From Laetmonice hystrix (lineage: Eukaryota), in the NCBI GenBank assembly GCA_965235115.1, contig OZ249441.1:35774001-35838000 (forward strand): a stretch of DNA of 64,000 bases, given 5' to 3'. Every line of letters begins with the position of its first letter. Within the stretch, counting starts at the first letter, position 1. Below the pieces are notes generated by a model. The model saw only the letters and a list, made by a program, of their open reading frames with translations. It did no database searches and was not told where the DNA came from. Position numbers and translations under genes: made by a program. This document shows, piece after piece, positions 37,371 to 50,508 of the stretch.

Positions 37371-40300
37371 GAGACAGAGAGACAGACAGAAGGGAAAGTT
37401 GTGCGCGATTCAAGAAATTCTTCAAATCAGCATTAGAGAAAGCACATTTGTAAGTTCAGTTGAGAGAGTGACAGAGAGAGAGAGAGAGAGAGTGACAGAG
37501 ACAGAGTGACAGAGAGAGAGAGACAGAGAGAGAGTGACAGAGAGAGTGACAGAGTGTGACAGAGGGAGCGACAGACGGAGAGACAGACGGAGAGACAGAC
37601 AGAGAGACAGACAGAGAGACAGACAGAGAAATATACAGACATACAGACAGACAGACAGACATACAGACAGAGAGACAGGCAGAGAAACAGACAGAGATAC
37701 AGACAAAGAGACAGGCAGACAGACAGACAGACAGAGAGACAGACAGACAGACATACGTTATCGGTAGCCTGACCAGTACAGCTCAACACCCAAACATTTT
37801 CCTGTTTCGAGTTTCCTGCGGGCCCATGACCTGAGTCAATCGATAACATCAATATAATCTGTGACATTATTTCCCACAATCTATAAGTCACGGTTGGATA
37901 TAGGAAGAGACACTTTGACTAATGTATGAATGGCAATCTCTGTTCAAAAGTTTATTGGTGGATATTTCTAATAATACGCCCGAGTTACAATTATTTTCAT
38001 CTTAAAAGAAAAGAGAACAACAGTAATATATCACAAAGGTAGCAGCAAAGTGCCCGTCACGGCACTGAGTGCCAAATTGGCTATAACTATGACCTATGTT
38101 GGGATTGCCCGTCACGCCACTGAGTGCCAAATTGGCTATAACTATGACCTATGTTGGGACTGCCCGTCACGGCACTGAGTGCCAAATTGGCTATAACTAT
38201 GACCTATGTTGGGATTGCCCGTCACGCCACTGAGTGCCAAATTGGCTATACCAATGACCTATGTTGGGATTGCCCGTCACGCCACTGAGTGCCAAATTGG
38301 CTATAACTATGACCTATGTTGGGACTGCCCGTCACGGCACTGAGTGCCAAATTGGCTATAACTATGACCTATGTTGGGATTGCCCGTCACGCCACTGAGT
38401 GCCAAATTGGCTATACCAATGACCTATGTTGGGATTGCCCGTCACGCCACTGAGTGCCAAATTGGCTATAACTATGACCTATGTTGGGATTGCCCAATTA
38501 GGTGTTCAGACATCATGCCAAGATATAGTTAGGATCCATGTACAAACACCCTTAGGGAAAATTCAACAGGGGTGTCGGAACAGGGAGCCAAGGGGCCATG
38601 CCCCCCAACATTATAGGAGGGGACCATTTGCCCCCCCCCCTAATTTCCAAAGGTCAAAATTCCATGCTTAAATTGCCTCAAATTGCCCTTTTATTTTTTC
38701 ATTTTTCCCAGTCCCCCTAGTAGAGGCGTGCCGCAGCCGTTGCATGGCAACCACCCCCCCCCCTCCTCAAAAATCTAGATCCGCCCCTGTCATGGCATCG
38801 GCTGACCAGAGGGGGACGGATCCTGGCTTCACGCTTGCCCCCCCCCCCCCCCCCCATCTATAGCTTCCGACACCCCCTGGTCAGGGAATACCGTTATATA
38901 TAAAAAGACGCCTCTTTGACCACCCGTGATGCCATGTATTGTTTAATATACCACCCCCTATCTCACCCTCCCACCGTTCCAGGCCCCGGGCCGCTCGCCT
39001 ACGGACTCCGACCACTGATCAGGAACCCGTGGTGCCATGTATTGTTTAATATATCACCCCCTATCTCACCCTCCTACCATTCCAGGCCCCGGGCCGCTCG
39101 CCTACGGACTCCGACCACTGATCGGGAACCCGTGGTGCCATGTATTGTTTAATATATCACCCCCTATCTCACCCTCCTACCGTTCCAGGCCCTGGGCCGC
39201 TCGCCTACGGACTCCGACCACTGATCAGGAACCCGTGGTGCCATGTATTGTTTAATATACCACCCCCTATCTCACCCTCCTACCGTTCCAGGCCCTGGGC
39301 CGCTCGCCTACGGACTCCGACCACTGATCAGGAACCCGTGGTGCCATGTATTGTTTAATATACCACCCCCTATCTCACCCTCCTACCGTTCCAGGCCCCG
39401 GGCCGCTCGCCTATACGGACCCCGACCACTGATCGGGAACCCGTGGTGCCATGTATTATTTAATATACCACCCCCTATCTCACCCTCCCACCGTTCCAGG
39501 CCCCGGGCCGCTCGCCTATACGGACTCCGACCACTGATCAGGAACCCGTGGTGCCATGTATTGTTTAATATATATACCACCCCCTATCTCACCCTCCTAC
39601 CGTTCCAGGCCCCGGGCCGCTCGCCTACGGACTCCGACCACTGATCGGGAACCGGGACCACGACCTCACCAAGCCTCAGGCTCCGGCTTACAGCATCGGA
39701 ACGGCTCACCAAGGTAAGCTTCCCCTCAATGGGATCCATCGATCAGGTCGTATATATTGACAGTACGCACTTTGGCAGCTCTGTCCTGTGGATTATCTAA
39801 CATTGATCAGCGAGTAAACCAGTTAATTCAACCCTTAACGGCTGGGGAGCCAATCCATATTACACTTAGTGCATGGTTTAACCGCATCTTTTGTGTGCGA
39901 CTCCGAATAAAGCTGCCTTTACATGCGACATCCGTTAACTGCAATATATTGTCTTTACATTACATGCAATATCCGTTAACTGCAATATATTGTCTTTACA
40001 TGCAATATCCGTTAACTGCAATATATTGTCTTTACATGCAATATCCGTTAACTGCAATATATTGTCTTTACATGCAATATCCGTTAACTGCAATATATTG
40101 TCTTTACATGCAATATCCGTTAACTGCAATATATTGTCTTTACATGCAATATCCGTTAACTGCAATATATTGTCTCTTTACATGCAATATCCGTTAACTG
40201 CAATATATTGTCTTTACATGCAATATCCGTTAACTGCAATATATTGTCTTTACATGCAATATTCGTTAACTGCAATATATTATTTTTACAATACATGCAA

Positions 40301-42074
40301 TATCCATTAACTGCCATATATTGTCTTTACATGCAATATCCGTTAACTACAATATATATTCTCTTTACATGCAAGATCCCTTAACTGCAATATATTGTCT
40401 TTACCTGCAATATCCGTAAACTGCAATATATTGTCTTTACATGCAATATCCGTTAACTGCAATATATTGTCTTTACATGCAATATCCGTTAACTGCAATA
40501 TATTCTCTTTACATGCAATATCCGTTAACTACAATACCCCCTACCCTCAGCATGTATTTTTGAGCGCTGAGATATTTAGCCGTTTCCATCCTTCTTTCAG
40601 CGAGCTCCAACAAAAACCCGGGCCCGGCGGACTACAACATCCGGGACACATTGACCTCGCGCGGAGTCCAACAGAAACAGGCCGTCACCCTCAAAGGTCG
40701 GGCACCGCTACCAGGTAAGATAAAAACAGTTCTTTTATTTCCCGTTTTAATCGGGCCTAGTGCTACTTCCTTGGCTATCTGTTGATAAACGGAATGAACC
40801 TCGCCTGCCAAATCTCCGCCACCTTTCTGTAACTACATGTATATATCCAGACAGTATCCCGGAGGTATCAAGCCGGGATTAAAAAAAAATTGCTGCTCTT
40901 GACATTTCATTTCATATTATTTTATGTTCCAAAATGCACCAAATCACTAAATGTCACCTTAAATTTCAAAATTTCAGGGGCAGCGCTCGAGCCTATTATA
41001 GCCACCCCCCCCCCCCTTTAAAAAATCCTACATCCGTGCGTGCTACTGTGTTTTAACTGATAGCCTATAGATCTAGATCTACGCCGCCACTATTACTCTG
41101 TTTTAACTGATAGCATAGATCTAGATCTACGCCGCCACTATTACTGTGTTTTAACTGATAGCCTATAGATCTAGATCTATGCCGCCACTATTACTGTGTT
41201 TTAACTAATAGCATAGATCTAGATCTACGCCGCCACTATTACTGTGTTTTAACTGATAGCCTATAGATCTAGATCTACGCCGCCACTATTACTGTGTTTT
41301 AACTGATAGCCTATAGATCTAGATCTATGCCGCCACTATTACTGTGTTTTAACTGATAGCATATAGATCTAGATCTACGCCGCCACTATTACTGTGTTTT
41401 AACTGATAGCATAGATCTAGATCTACGCCGCCACTATTACTGTGTTTTAACTGATAGTCTATAGATCTAGATCTACGCCACCACTATTACTGTGTTTTAA
41501 CTGATAGCCTATAGATCTAGATCTACGCCACCACAATTACTTTAATTCCTATAGTTATTTTGATCTCATAATTTTGTAATTTTGTCTGTATGCAGCCATC
41601 AAAGAGATAAAGCCAGGACCGGGACGGTATAACGCCCACACTGTGACTGCTGGCCGTCTCAGTACAGAACGATCAGCCCGGGCAGCTCTCATCACCACAC
41701 GGACCGCAGTCCCAAACTACCGCTGCGGACCCGCCCCGGCCACCTATAACATCATCAAGTCAGTGGACAAGACTGTCACCCAGGTCCCACGCTGGTCCTT
41801 CCCGGGACCGCGCCCTGAACACGGCAGTATCTACCAGAACAATAAGGGACCTGCACCGTCCGACTACGGCCGGCCTGACCCGTACACCACCCAGCGACGG
41901 TCCGGGGTGTACAGTCTTGGAGGGCGTACTAAAATACCTGATTACAACTCGGCCAAGGATAACCCCGGCCCGGGGGCCTACGACCCCAAGCTGACCAGGG
42001 GTCAGGGGTTCAGTCTGGGAGAGAGACACTCTAATCATTCAGTCCTACTGTTCACAGAAAATGACTTTCATTAG
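36655..42074 (+). CDS. ODF3: SHIPPO-repeat / outer dense fiber protein 3-like (ODF3/CIMAP1 family), 4 exons, ~247 aa
   Basis: Exons 36655-36700, 39609-39713, 40601-40714, 41596-42074 (all phase-1 introns, 744 nt). Translation MAVETRKMPVYAEYRGPGPLAYGL...APAYSIG...NPGPADY...KPGPGRY...GPAPATY...GPAPSDY...NPGPGAYDP shows repeated PGP-x-x-Y SHIPPO motifs. Symbol is family-level only. Confidence 0.88.
37337..37752. repeat. (GA)n/(GACA)n compound microsatellite in ODF3-like intron 1
   Basis: Direct reading. Confidence 0.9.
38051..38496. repeat. 55-bp minisatellite x8
   Basis: tgcccgtcacg(g/c)cactgagtgccaaattggctataactatgacctatgttgggat. Confidence 0.95.
38928..39651 (+). repeat. 103-bp tandem repeat x7 spanning the ODF3-like exon 2 acceptor
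   Basis: Unit = intron end ...ctcaccctcctaccgttccag plus first ~43 nt of exon 2. Confidence 0.95.
39915..40531. repeat. 36-bp minisatellite, ~17 copies
   Basis: acatgcaatatccgttaactgcaatatattgtcttt. Confidence 0.95.
41043..41540. repeat. 48-50-bp minisatellite x10 containing 14-bp palindrome tagatctagatcta
   Basis: ctattactgtgttttaactgatagcctatagatctagatctacgccgcca. Confidence 0.95.
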
Positions 42075-43471
42075 GCTTAAATACCCGCTACCCTTTTTTT
42101 TAAATTCACGCATTCCACACTGGGACAGCAAGGTCTCAACATGAGAACTATTTTTTGGTCTGGTCCACATACATGTCCTTGTATATGTCGCCCATGTAGA
42201 TAGACGCACATGCAGTCCGAAGAACATATAGTCCGTGAAGATCTTTTTGATAAATAATATTTATCCCACATTAAGGTCTTTACATATAGACTATTCATTC
42301 GACTTGGCCTAGATGTATAGAATTGGGCCAGAGCAGCTTTTCATGTAATTTGTTTTAATGACATATAATGACGTCTTTTTTCGTCGCGTTTCAATTTGTA
42401 AAATGTTTTATGTGGTATACCTGAAGCTGCGCCGGTATATCACCTTGTCTATACATAGAGTAGATAGTTTATCTGGGCTGATTATTGTGGGCCTACATCA
42501 GAGACTTAGAAACGTTCAGATCTTTGTTTCGGGGACATAATCTGTGAACCAAAGAGTTAAGGCAAGTTTTTAAACAGCATCAGAACCTATTTACTCCCTT
42601 GATTTATCAAGTATCCCCTATATGTCACCGATGTACATGTACTTGTAGATGATGCCTCCTATGTGTTTCTAATAAACTGAACATTTTGACGTCAATGTCA
42701 ATTTGAGGCCAATCAGTCTTTAACATACCTACGAACGGTTTGGTCATTAATAATATATTGTGCGTGACGTAAGGCCTCTATAACCTCGTACCGTTTGGCC
42801 GTCTGTGTCCACACCTGAACTCTATAGATTTTATTATGGGCAATTACAACATATCTCTATGCCTACTGTGACTACAGTAGTATGGCGCAGACAAACACCC
42901 AATCGAAGGGCGTCTTTGAGGCAATAAAGATATTATATGCTGTGATACAATAAATGTGCATCCTCCCCGTACTGTTCCTGCTTATTACGGGAAGTAACAA
43001 ACCCACCTCCGAGGCAGCAGGGCCTACATAGAACTAAAATAAACAATGAGATTGAACAATGTTTATAATGCGTACTGGCTCCGGTTATAGAAAGGCTTTA
43101 AGCAACGATTTAAGTTCTAAGCTATATGCAGAGCTACGACAACCCATAGGGGAATCGACCATAAGTGATTTTAACTTTCTAGATTGATTTTTATCGATAT
43201 TTTCACAGTGATAATAATTTATCTTTTACTGACAGGGCAGGTTCTAATTTGCATAGACCATAATTTACATAGCCGTGTGCGTAGGAATCTGAACAACAAC
43301 TCCCGGCGTTCCAGGAGCCAAGTATGTCATTTTCAGTGACTGAAATAAGATTTGGCGACGTTGAGAATTCATTTTACATAATACCTTCCACAATGTGGAG
43401 AACCACAATGTAGACACATTTTTGGTGAAATGTCACGTATGACTTGAAATTGGTGGGATTATCGCTTTAAG

Positions 43472-46400
43472 TCAAAACGACGCAATACGAGTCAAACGGT
43501 ACGATGCTAGAATCTGCATGCTACTTGTTTTTTGTCGTAGTTTTAACAACACAGTGGTACAAAAGATGGCACCAGATACCAGAAATATGCAGCCAGACAC
43601 AACAAACGACGCTAAAAGGTCGTCGGTTACCTCCCAGAGAACAGCTGCAATAAAGGAACATTTGTTTTTTAAATATAATACGTGTGTATGATCAAGAATG
43701 TTACCGGCAACAAAATAGGCCTCCAAATATAAAGGCCCTATACTAATAAGGCTAATCATACTAAGAGTCTATAATATTAAAGTCTTAAAGTGATACAGAC
43801 ATCAGAATTAACATAACATTTTGTACCAGATCCGGATAATACTTGTAATTTGTCATTGTTCTATGAAGAAACGGTTGTTGTACAACAACGTGAACTGTCT
43901 GTAATCCGTGATCAAAGTAACCAATTCCCCCCCGGTCATCTGTCTGCCAGTGCCTTCCTTCCAGGGCCCACCTGCCCGCCCGTGCTGACGTCATCACGGA
44001 CAGCGCGTGATTCAAATTGTCAATATTTGTTCAAATGTTACTTTCTGAGAATTTATCAGAAGAATCTATCCCGGATACGTATACAACTCACAATGATCTA
44101 TCTAGATCAGTAAAGGTGCCTATGTGGTGTCTGTAGCACTTTAACAGTTATACTCTTAGTAAAACACTTAAAATACCATGCATGATTTTACTAGGTTATT
44201 CTTTAACTCGGTCTGCTAGAGTGGAGGTATGAACCCACCGAAGAGTAGCACGGAGAGTAGATTTCCCAGTCCGCCCATCGCTTCCGTCAAACCCATCATG
44301 ACCGGGAAACGTTTCATACCAACAATATCACGGGTCGCTGTGGACGCAGTGGCCACACTTCCTCCTGAAATCAAATCATGTTATTGTGCTATAGCCTATC
44401 AATGATCAAATATGGAGTCAGGATTTTGGAAAGGTAGTGGTCAAAAGGAAAATGGCGGGGGGGGGGGGGTGCGTATTGTAACTAATATCAGCATCGGGAT
44501 GGATATATTTAAGGCATGGCCAAGACCTCATCAAGGGCAGCTGTGGCGAACAATTATATATTTCTACGCCCCTATTTACCTCCGCCAACGAAGTTGGAAG
44601 GAGGTGATGACTTCAGCCCTGTTTGTCCGTTTGTTTGTCTGATCGCAGGATATCTCAAAAAGTAATGAACGGATTTTCACGAAACCTGTAGGTATGAATG
44701 GTTTAGCGCCAGGGAACAATCGATTAGATTGTTGGGGTTAGAACATGATGTGGAGAAGGTGGTGATGCGGTTGTCTGCGGTCAATGAAGGTCAAGATTAC
44801 CGCGGTTTTCCATATCATCACCGTGTGACCACCTTCCCACCGCACATTACCGACCTAATCACAACACAACTCCTTCTGAACCGTGTTGTGACCTACTAGC
44901 TACGTACTTGTCACCTTGTTGCCACCTATTTCCACCTTCGCTAGCCATTTTGCGGTTCCGAAGGGTTGTGAAAGTTGACAAGGGAGCAACGAGCCAGCAA
45001 GTCGCTGATGCACGCTTTTGAGAACCGCCGTGGCCTTTTTTAAACATTTTGAAAATCATGCGGTTCAAAAACGAGGTGGCGGTCAATGGCGAACATCTTC
45101 ACTGTGTCTAGTCGATGTCATTGAGGTTCAGCACGGTTCAAAACCGTGCTGAACCACCTTCAAAACCGCCCCCTGTGAGGCCCACTTTATAGTAGAAGAC
45201 ATCTTAAACTTACCACTGAAAAGTCCGACAAAGACGGCGACAGCAGTCACTGTCTGGTAGGATTGACAGAACCCCAGGGATACTGTGGCCAGTCCGCACA
45301 AAACCGTGGAGATTGTGAAGACAAGAAGTGGGAAACTCTGCCTCAATGAGGCGATAAAACCGGACAAGGCACGTCCAAACAGTTCGCCAAGGTTTGTAGC
45401 TGTTACCAGGAGCGACGAATCCTCCTTGGACATACCCACTGAAGCTCCCTTCACGGGGAGGTAGGTGTAGGGTACCACTACGGCAGCGTAAACAAAGAAA
45501 AAACAGATGCTGGTCAGCAAACACACTGGGTCCCGAAGCATCCGTACTATGTTCTTTACCTCAGCCCAAACGCCACGTAATTTACCGGTAACGTAACGCT
45601 CGGGCGTCGCGTCATCTGCTACAGTCGAGCGTCCCTCGAGCACGTCGTCGGGGTCAAGGCCGTTTATGAGTGGTCTTTCTGAAACGTCCTCTGACAGGAG
45701 GTTGTCGTCTGTGGTCTCACTATCAGCCGGAGGGGGAGTGTCTGCCGGTGGAGGAGGTCGAGCCAGGATCAGACAGCATGGGAGGCAGTTGAGGACAACT
45801 CCAGCAAGGATGAACAGGCTACCCCGCCAGCCATACGTCATAATGCTGAACCTTTCGGAATGACAACATGACAACAATGTTATGGGGGGTGGGGGATAAC
45901 TTCAGTCATTTTATAGGGGTTACAGACTTATTCAGAGAATTGTTAAACCAAATTTATAATAATCGCGAACCTAGGAGTATGCCGAAAATAGCCTAAAATA
46001 GGGCGCTGGCCAGGACTTTGAAGACGAGGGAGCTGCTCAGGTATACTGGAGGGAGCCGGGAGTTTGTGAAATACGAGACTCTTAAAAAGATTTCCACTGG
46101 AGAGGGCTTAGCCCCTCCCCCTCTCTATGGGATTTGGCCTAACAAATTTCTGAATTGACAGTGGTAAATTAAGGAACTAGTTAACGGTGTCAGTTGGAAA
46201 CCAGACTGTTCAATAATTCGCCATACCGATCTGCTAACATAGGAAGACCTGCCGTATATTCTAGGAGGTAAATAGCTCTAAGTTTTTCCGGACCTTGCGA
46301 CAATCGGCATGACGAGTCCCCCTACCGCTCCGCCCGTAGTCGACAGTCCTGCCGCCAGGGCGCGCCTCTGTGCCGTATGCTGCTGGACGACGATATCCAT

Positions 46401-47758
46401 GGCAACCATGACCAGTCCAAACCCGCAGCCTACGGCCAACACCAGACGGGCAATTCACAGCCCCACAAAGCATACATTGTTAACAGGGAAGAACCATGGC
46501 CGTAAATGGTAAAAAATGAACGTTATAGTAGCTACCCATTCGAGAACAATCCACCTCCCCACTTATATTAATTACAACCTACCTGTCAACACTCCAAATG
46601 TAACGTCAAGATAAAGAATGCTGGAGGCAAAAGCTGATGCCACCAAGGAAACTGCAGACAGTAGTGTGCCGACTGACGTTATAAAACAAGCTCCGTATTT
46701 TTCTACCCAAACTCCACCCAGCAATGCTGAAAAATATAGGACAGTTGTCATGAGATCCAGAGCCCAGTTCGTAAAATCTTCAGATCTTGCTTAAGTTTAG
46801 ATCTACGCTTCCGATTGGCTGGTCTTAGCAAACCAGCCAATCGGAAGCTTTACGATGAAACTTAAAGTGCTGTAGACATTACATAGGCACCTTTACTGGT
46901 CTAGATAGATCACTGTGAGCTGTAGACGTGTCCGGGATAGGCTTTTCTGATAAATTAACATTTATAAAAATATTGACAATTTGAATAACGCTACCCGTGA
47001 TGACGTAAGCACCAACTGGCGGGTGGGCCCGGGAGGGAAGGCGACTGGCAGACAGATGGCCAGGAGAAATAGGCCGAATTGGTCATTTTGATCACGGATT
47101 ACAGACAGTTCACGTTATTGTACAACAACCGTTCCTTTACAGAACAATAACAAATTACAAGTATTATCGGGATCTGGTACAAAATTTCATAGTAATTGTG
47201 ATGTCTGTACCACTTTAAGCAAGACCTGAAGTTCTTACGAACTGGGCCCAGGCGTGCTCGCACCAAACATGCTCGCACAACACAGACTAATATGCCAAGG
47301 TCAAAATGAAGGCCAAAAAAGTTATATTTCACGTCTCCTTTGCACTCTCCCTAGCTGGCGCCACCTTGCCGCTGTGTCCGACTCACAACAAGCAAAAATC
47401 ACAACGTAGTTTCTGTATTTCTCTACCGCAATTACTCTACCATGTGTTCAAAGAAATAGGATCACACATATTGATTTTAACAATAGAGGAAAATGTTGTA
47501 TGGAAGTTCCAAAGCGTCTACGGTTACATAAGGCAGAGACCGACTCCTGAAGTTGAATTAGATGAACTTACGACTGATGTACATAAGGCTGACTTGTAAG
47601 GAGGCAGTCCATGATGTGGCCGTTTTCGTCCCACCAAACGTCTCTAGGAAGTACTGGAGGTAAACTCCAGGCACGAACGATACGCCACCGTACAAGAAGT
47701 TGATAATAAACGTGGCACCAACCACAACACTTGCTGACACGCTGGACCTGCTGGCCAT
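43472..47758 (-). CDS. SLC16/monocarboxylate-transporter family MFS protein, 6 coding exons, ~467 aa
   Basis: Exons 47758-47572, 46726-46583, 46429-46294, 45851-45214, 44364-44239, 43644-43472 (GT-AG, phases consistent, 1404 nt). Hydrophobic helices with MCT-like motifs TSWTASLQ, EKYGAC, GCGFGL...QRRALAAG, YGWRGSLF, VPYTYLP, GELFGR; large acidic loop after TM6. Confidence 0.9.
43789..44140. mobile_element. TTAA-flanked MITE copy A in last SLC16 intron
   Basis: TTAA|AGTGATACAGACAT...GTGTCTGTAGCACT|TTAA; reverse-complement homolog of 46866-47214. Confidence 0.8.
46762..47248. mobile_element. Palindromic (hairpin) MITE host with GCCCAGTT...AACTGGGC ends
   Basis: Left arm gcccagttcgtaaaatcttcagatcttgcttaa matches the reverse complement of right arm ttaagcaagacctgaagttcttacgaactgggc; core gcttccgattggctgg/ccagccaatcggaagc. 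Confidence 0.75.
46866..47214. mobile_element. TTAA-flanked MITE copy B, inverted relative to copy A, nested in a hairpin MITE
   Basis: TTAA|AGTGCTGTAGACAT...GATGTCTGTACCACT|TTAA; interrupts the right arm of host element 46762-47248. Confidence 0.8.
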
Positions 47759-48008
47759 GACTCTCTACGTCTGTCAGCTACCGTCACTCAGCAAAGCGAT
47801 CAGGGTATGGGGCACCAACCACAACACTTGCTGACACGTTGGACCTGCTGGCCATGACTCTCTACGTCTGTCAGCTACCGTCACTCAGCAAAGCGATCAG
47901 GGTATGGGGCACCAACCACAACACTTGCTGACACGTTGGACCTGCTGGCCATGACTCTCTACGTCTGTCAACTACCGTGACTCGGCAAAGCGATCAGGGT
48001 ATGGGGCA
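47714..48008 (-). repeat. 97-bp tandem repeat x3 spanning the SLC16 start codon
   Basis: Minus-strand ATGs at 47952, 47855, 47758, each followed by GCC AGC AGG TCC. Confidence 0.95.
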
Positions 48009-48522
48009 TATAGCACACGGAACTTGATCTGGCTGAGTGTCACATATCCCGATAACAGTAGAGGAACCGCAGTTGTAGCGACCGTCCTGTGCCTGTTGCA
48101 ATAAATATCACTTCAATACCAAAGGAAAGATTAATTCGTAAAATGGCGAAGCTAAAGAATCACAACTCTTCTAGGTATTGCCTGTCTCTTGGTCATACCA
48201 AATCTAACCCACATCCGGATGGAGACAAGACATCGTACTTAACTCCGCATCGTTGGTTTTGTCCTTTCACAGCGGGTCCACTTGTTCGAGTTGTCACGGA
48301 TGCGTGAAGGAGAATCAACTGATGGCAAGGATGAATCACATCCAACAGTCATGATAAACCAAAACTTAAAGCGGATCTAGAACATAATAATTCAAATTGA
48401 CATATGTGTACTTATTCGGACCTTTTTTTAAAATTTAAGATTTCGCTTTCAGTTCTTTATTGTCACCGTTGGGGAAATCGTACGCTAATGCTTAGGTCCC
48501 ACTAGGACCTGCGATTCCCGAT

Positions 48523-48653
48523 CAGGGCCTGGTTCACAACAAAGGCAAGTCAATTTTAATTAACTTGAAATCCATTTTAACCAATCAGATTCAAGTGAAA
48601 TTGACTTCAAGTCAATTAAAATTGACTTGACTTTGTTTGTGAACCGTGCCCTG
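48523..48653. mobile_element. Small palindromic MITE
   Basis: cagggcctggttcacaa...tttgtgaaccgtgccctg ends; internal aagtcaattttaatt / aattaaaattgactt arms. Confidence 0.7.
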
Positions 48654-50469
48654 TTCAGTGGCGCGACTAGGGCTGGTCGTGGGTAGTCGTCCATATTTAT
48701 TACGATTTGAATGTACCGGTCACATTGTAAGACCAGACGTGAGACCTTCAGTCGCAGGCAGGTTGTTGCACATGATCAACAACCTCCCTGCGATGGATTT
48801 TGATCGTGCGATTATGGAGAACTACCTACGACCACCCAGGACTTGTGGCAGGACTTTTGCCCGGAATTCATAGTCGCAGCCTGTTCGTAACCTGTTGTAA
48901 GTTGTCGTATCTCCTCGTGGGACCTAGACATAAGACATACGACCACCTTACGATAGGCCAAGACAACCTGCGCGTACCCCTCCAAAATCCTGGATCCGCC
49001 TCTGCATTCTTGCATCAGTAGTTTTATCTGTTTCCTGCTGCATCAAAAGTCACTTTCCTGGCCGACTGTCATGTGATAGGTCGTTAGGTTATCGGGGTAA
49101 TTGGGCACGGGGACGACCACATGTGTAAAGAGGCACGGGGGAGTTGGCAACTATGCAACTGGGTTAACTCTTTCGTCTAGGGGCAAGGTGTCCTCCTGGG
49201 GACCCGAATGTTAACGATTCGCGCATACCCCGGTCCTCTACCTTTCTGGTGCCCAATGCTGTCAAACGTTCCCTTGCTTCAAAGGTCAATGCAAGTAATT
49301 TTCGACACTTAACTTTGGTGGGCCCTCTGCCTGTTTTGACTGTATGGAATTCCTTATACACAGGTATGTGGATGCCTTGCTAGAAATATTTTACACAAGC
49401 ATAGGACACAAGTCTTAGTGTAGTTTGGTATTCATGATTTTACATGAAATATAATTCAGGGGGTGTCCGAAATTACCCCCAAGTGGGAGTAAGGAGTAAT
49501 TACGGACGGGGTGTCCGAAATTACCTCATCATGGCATGGTTTAGGTGCCTGCGCTGTTCATGGATCTGGCCCCTTGGCGGGCATCTCTTGCGACAAGGAG
49601 AGAAAGGGGTCAGTTTTATTCAATAAGTGACCTTGCCTATATGTTTTAAACATTAATAATATTGTATAGGGTATCCAAATGTACCTATGTCAACCTATAC
49701 GGAGACTCTCGGTGAACTGAACGTACTGACATCTGAGCAGGTATATAATGGACTTGCTTATCACCTGGTTGAGAGCATAGGTCATGTTATTAGGTTGGCA
49801 TAAGCCTCTACAAATTAAATTGAGTTTAAACTTTCTTTGCCAACGCCCAGGTGGAGGCGCTCGGGGACGTCGGCCTCGTGTTAGTGGCAGCCAGTGCTCC
49901 ACACACACTATAATTTTATAGCCAGTCTCCGGTGCCATGGCGGACTCGGTCACTCCCCTAGCTTTCCTCCAACAAAATCCTTTGAAAAAGCCTCCTATAC
50001 TGTACGTGATAGTAACATCGGGCCCAAAAGGCATAATTCGTGACATATTACCTTTAACATCAAGTCGGTATAGCCTACTCAAAAGCTAACTCTGGGCCAT
50101 GCAGCATTAAAATAGACCAAAAGGGGGCCATTTTGGCCATAATCACAATAAAATCATGCCGAGCGAGCCAGTCAAAATCCTGGATCCCCCAATGTAACAC
50201 CATAATCAATCAATGAGTTCTCTGATTTACAACACCAATAACACTTTTAAAGGAAATATGTCACGCGGGGTATCGACCGAAATCTTCAGTTTTCTGCTTA
50301 CCTGCTCACCACTGACGTACTTTATGGCACTGATTGTTTTTCATATTGATTCTGTTACTACACATACTACGAGTAGACAGCTGTGAAATTTGGAAAAATG
50401 AATAAAACTAGCTGAAGTGTCCGCAAAGTGCGGTGAATCCGCCATCTAAGTAAATAACAAACAAACAAA

Positions 50470-50508
<39 letters not shown>

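Noticed and set aside
38739-38751. X-box-like GTTGCATGGCAAC in ODF3-like intron 1
   Set aside because: Lies within a dispersed poly-C/GGATCCGCC-type repeat, so likely incidental.
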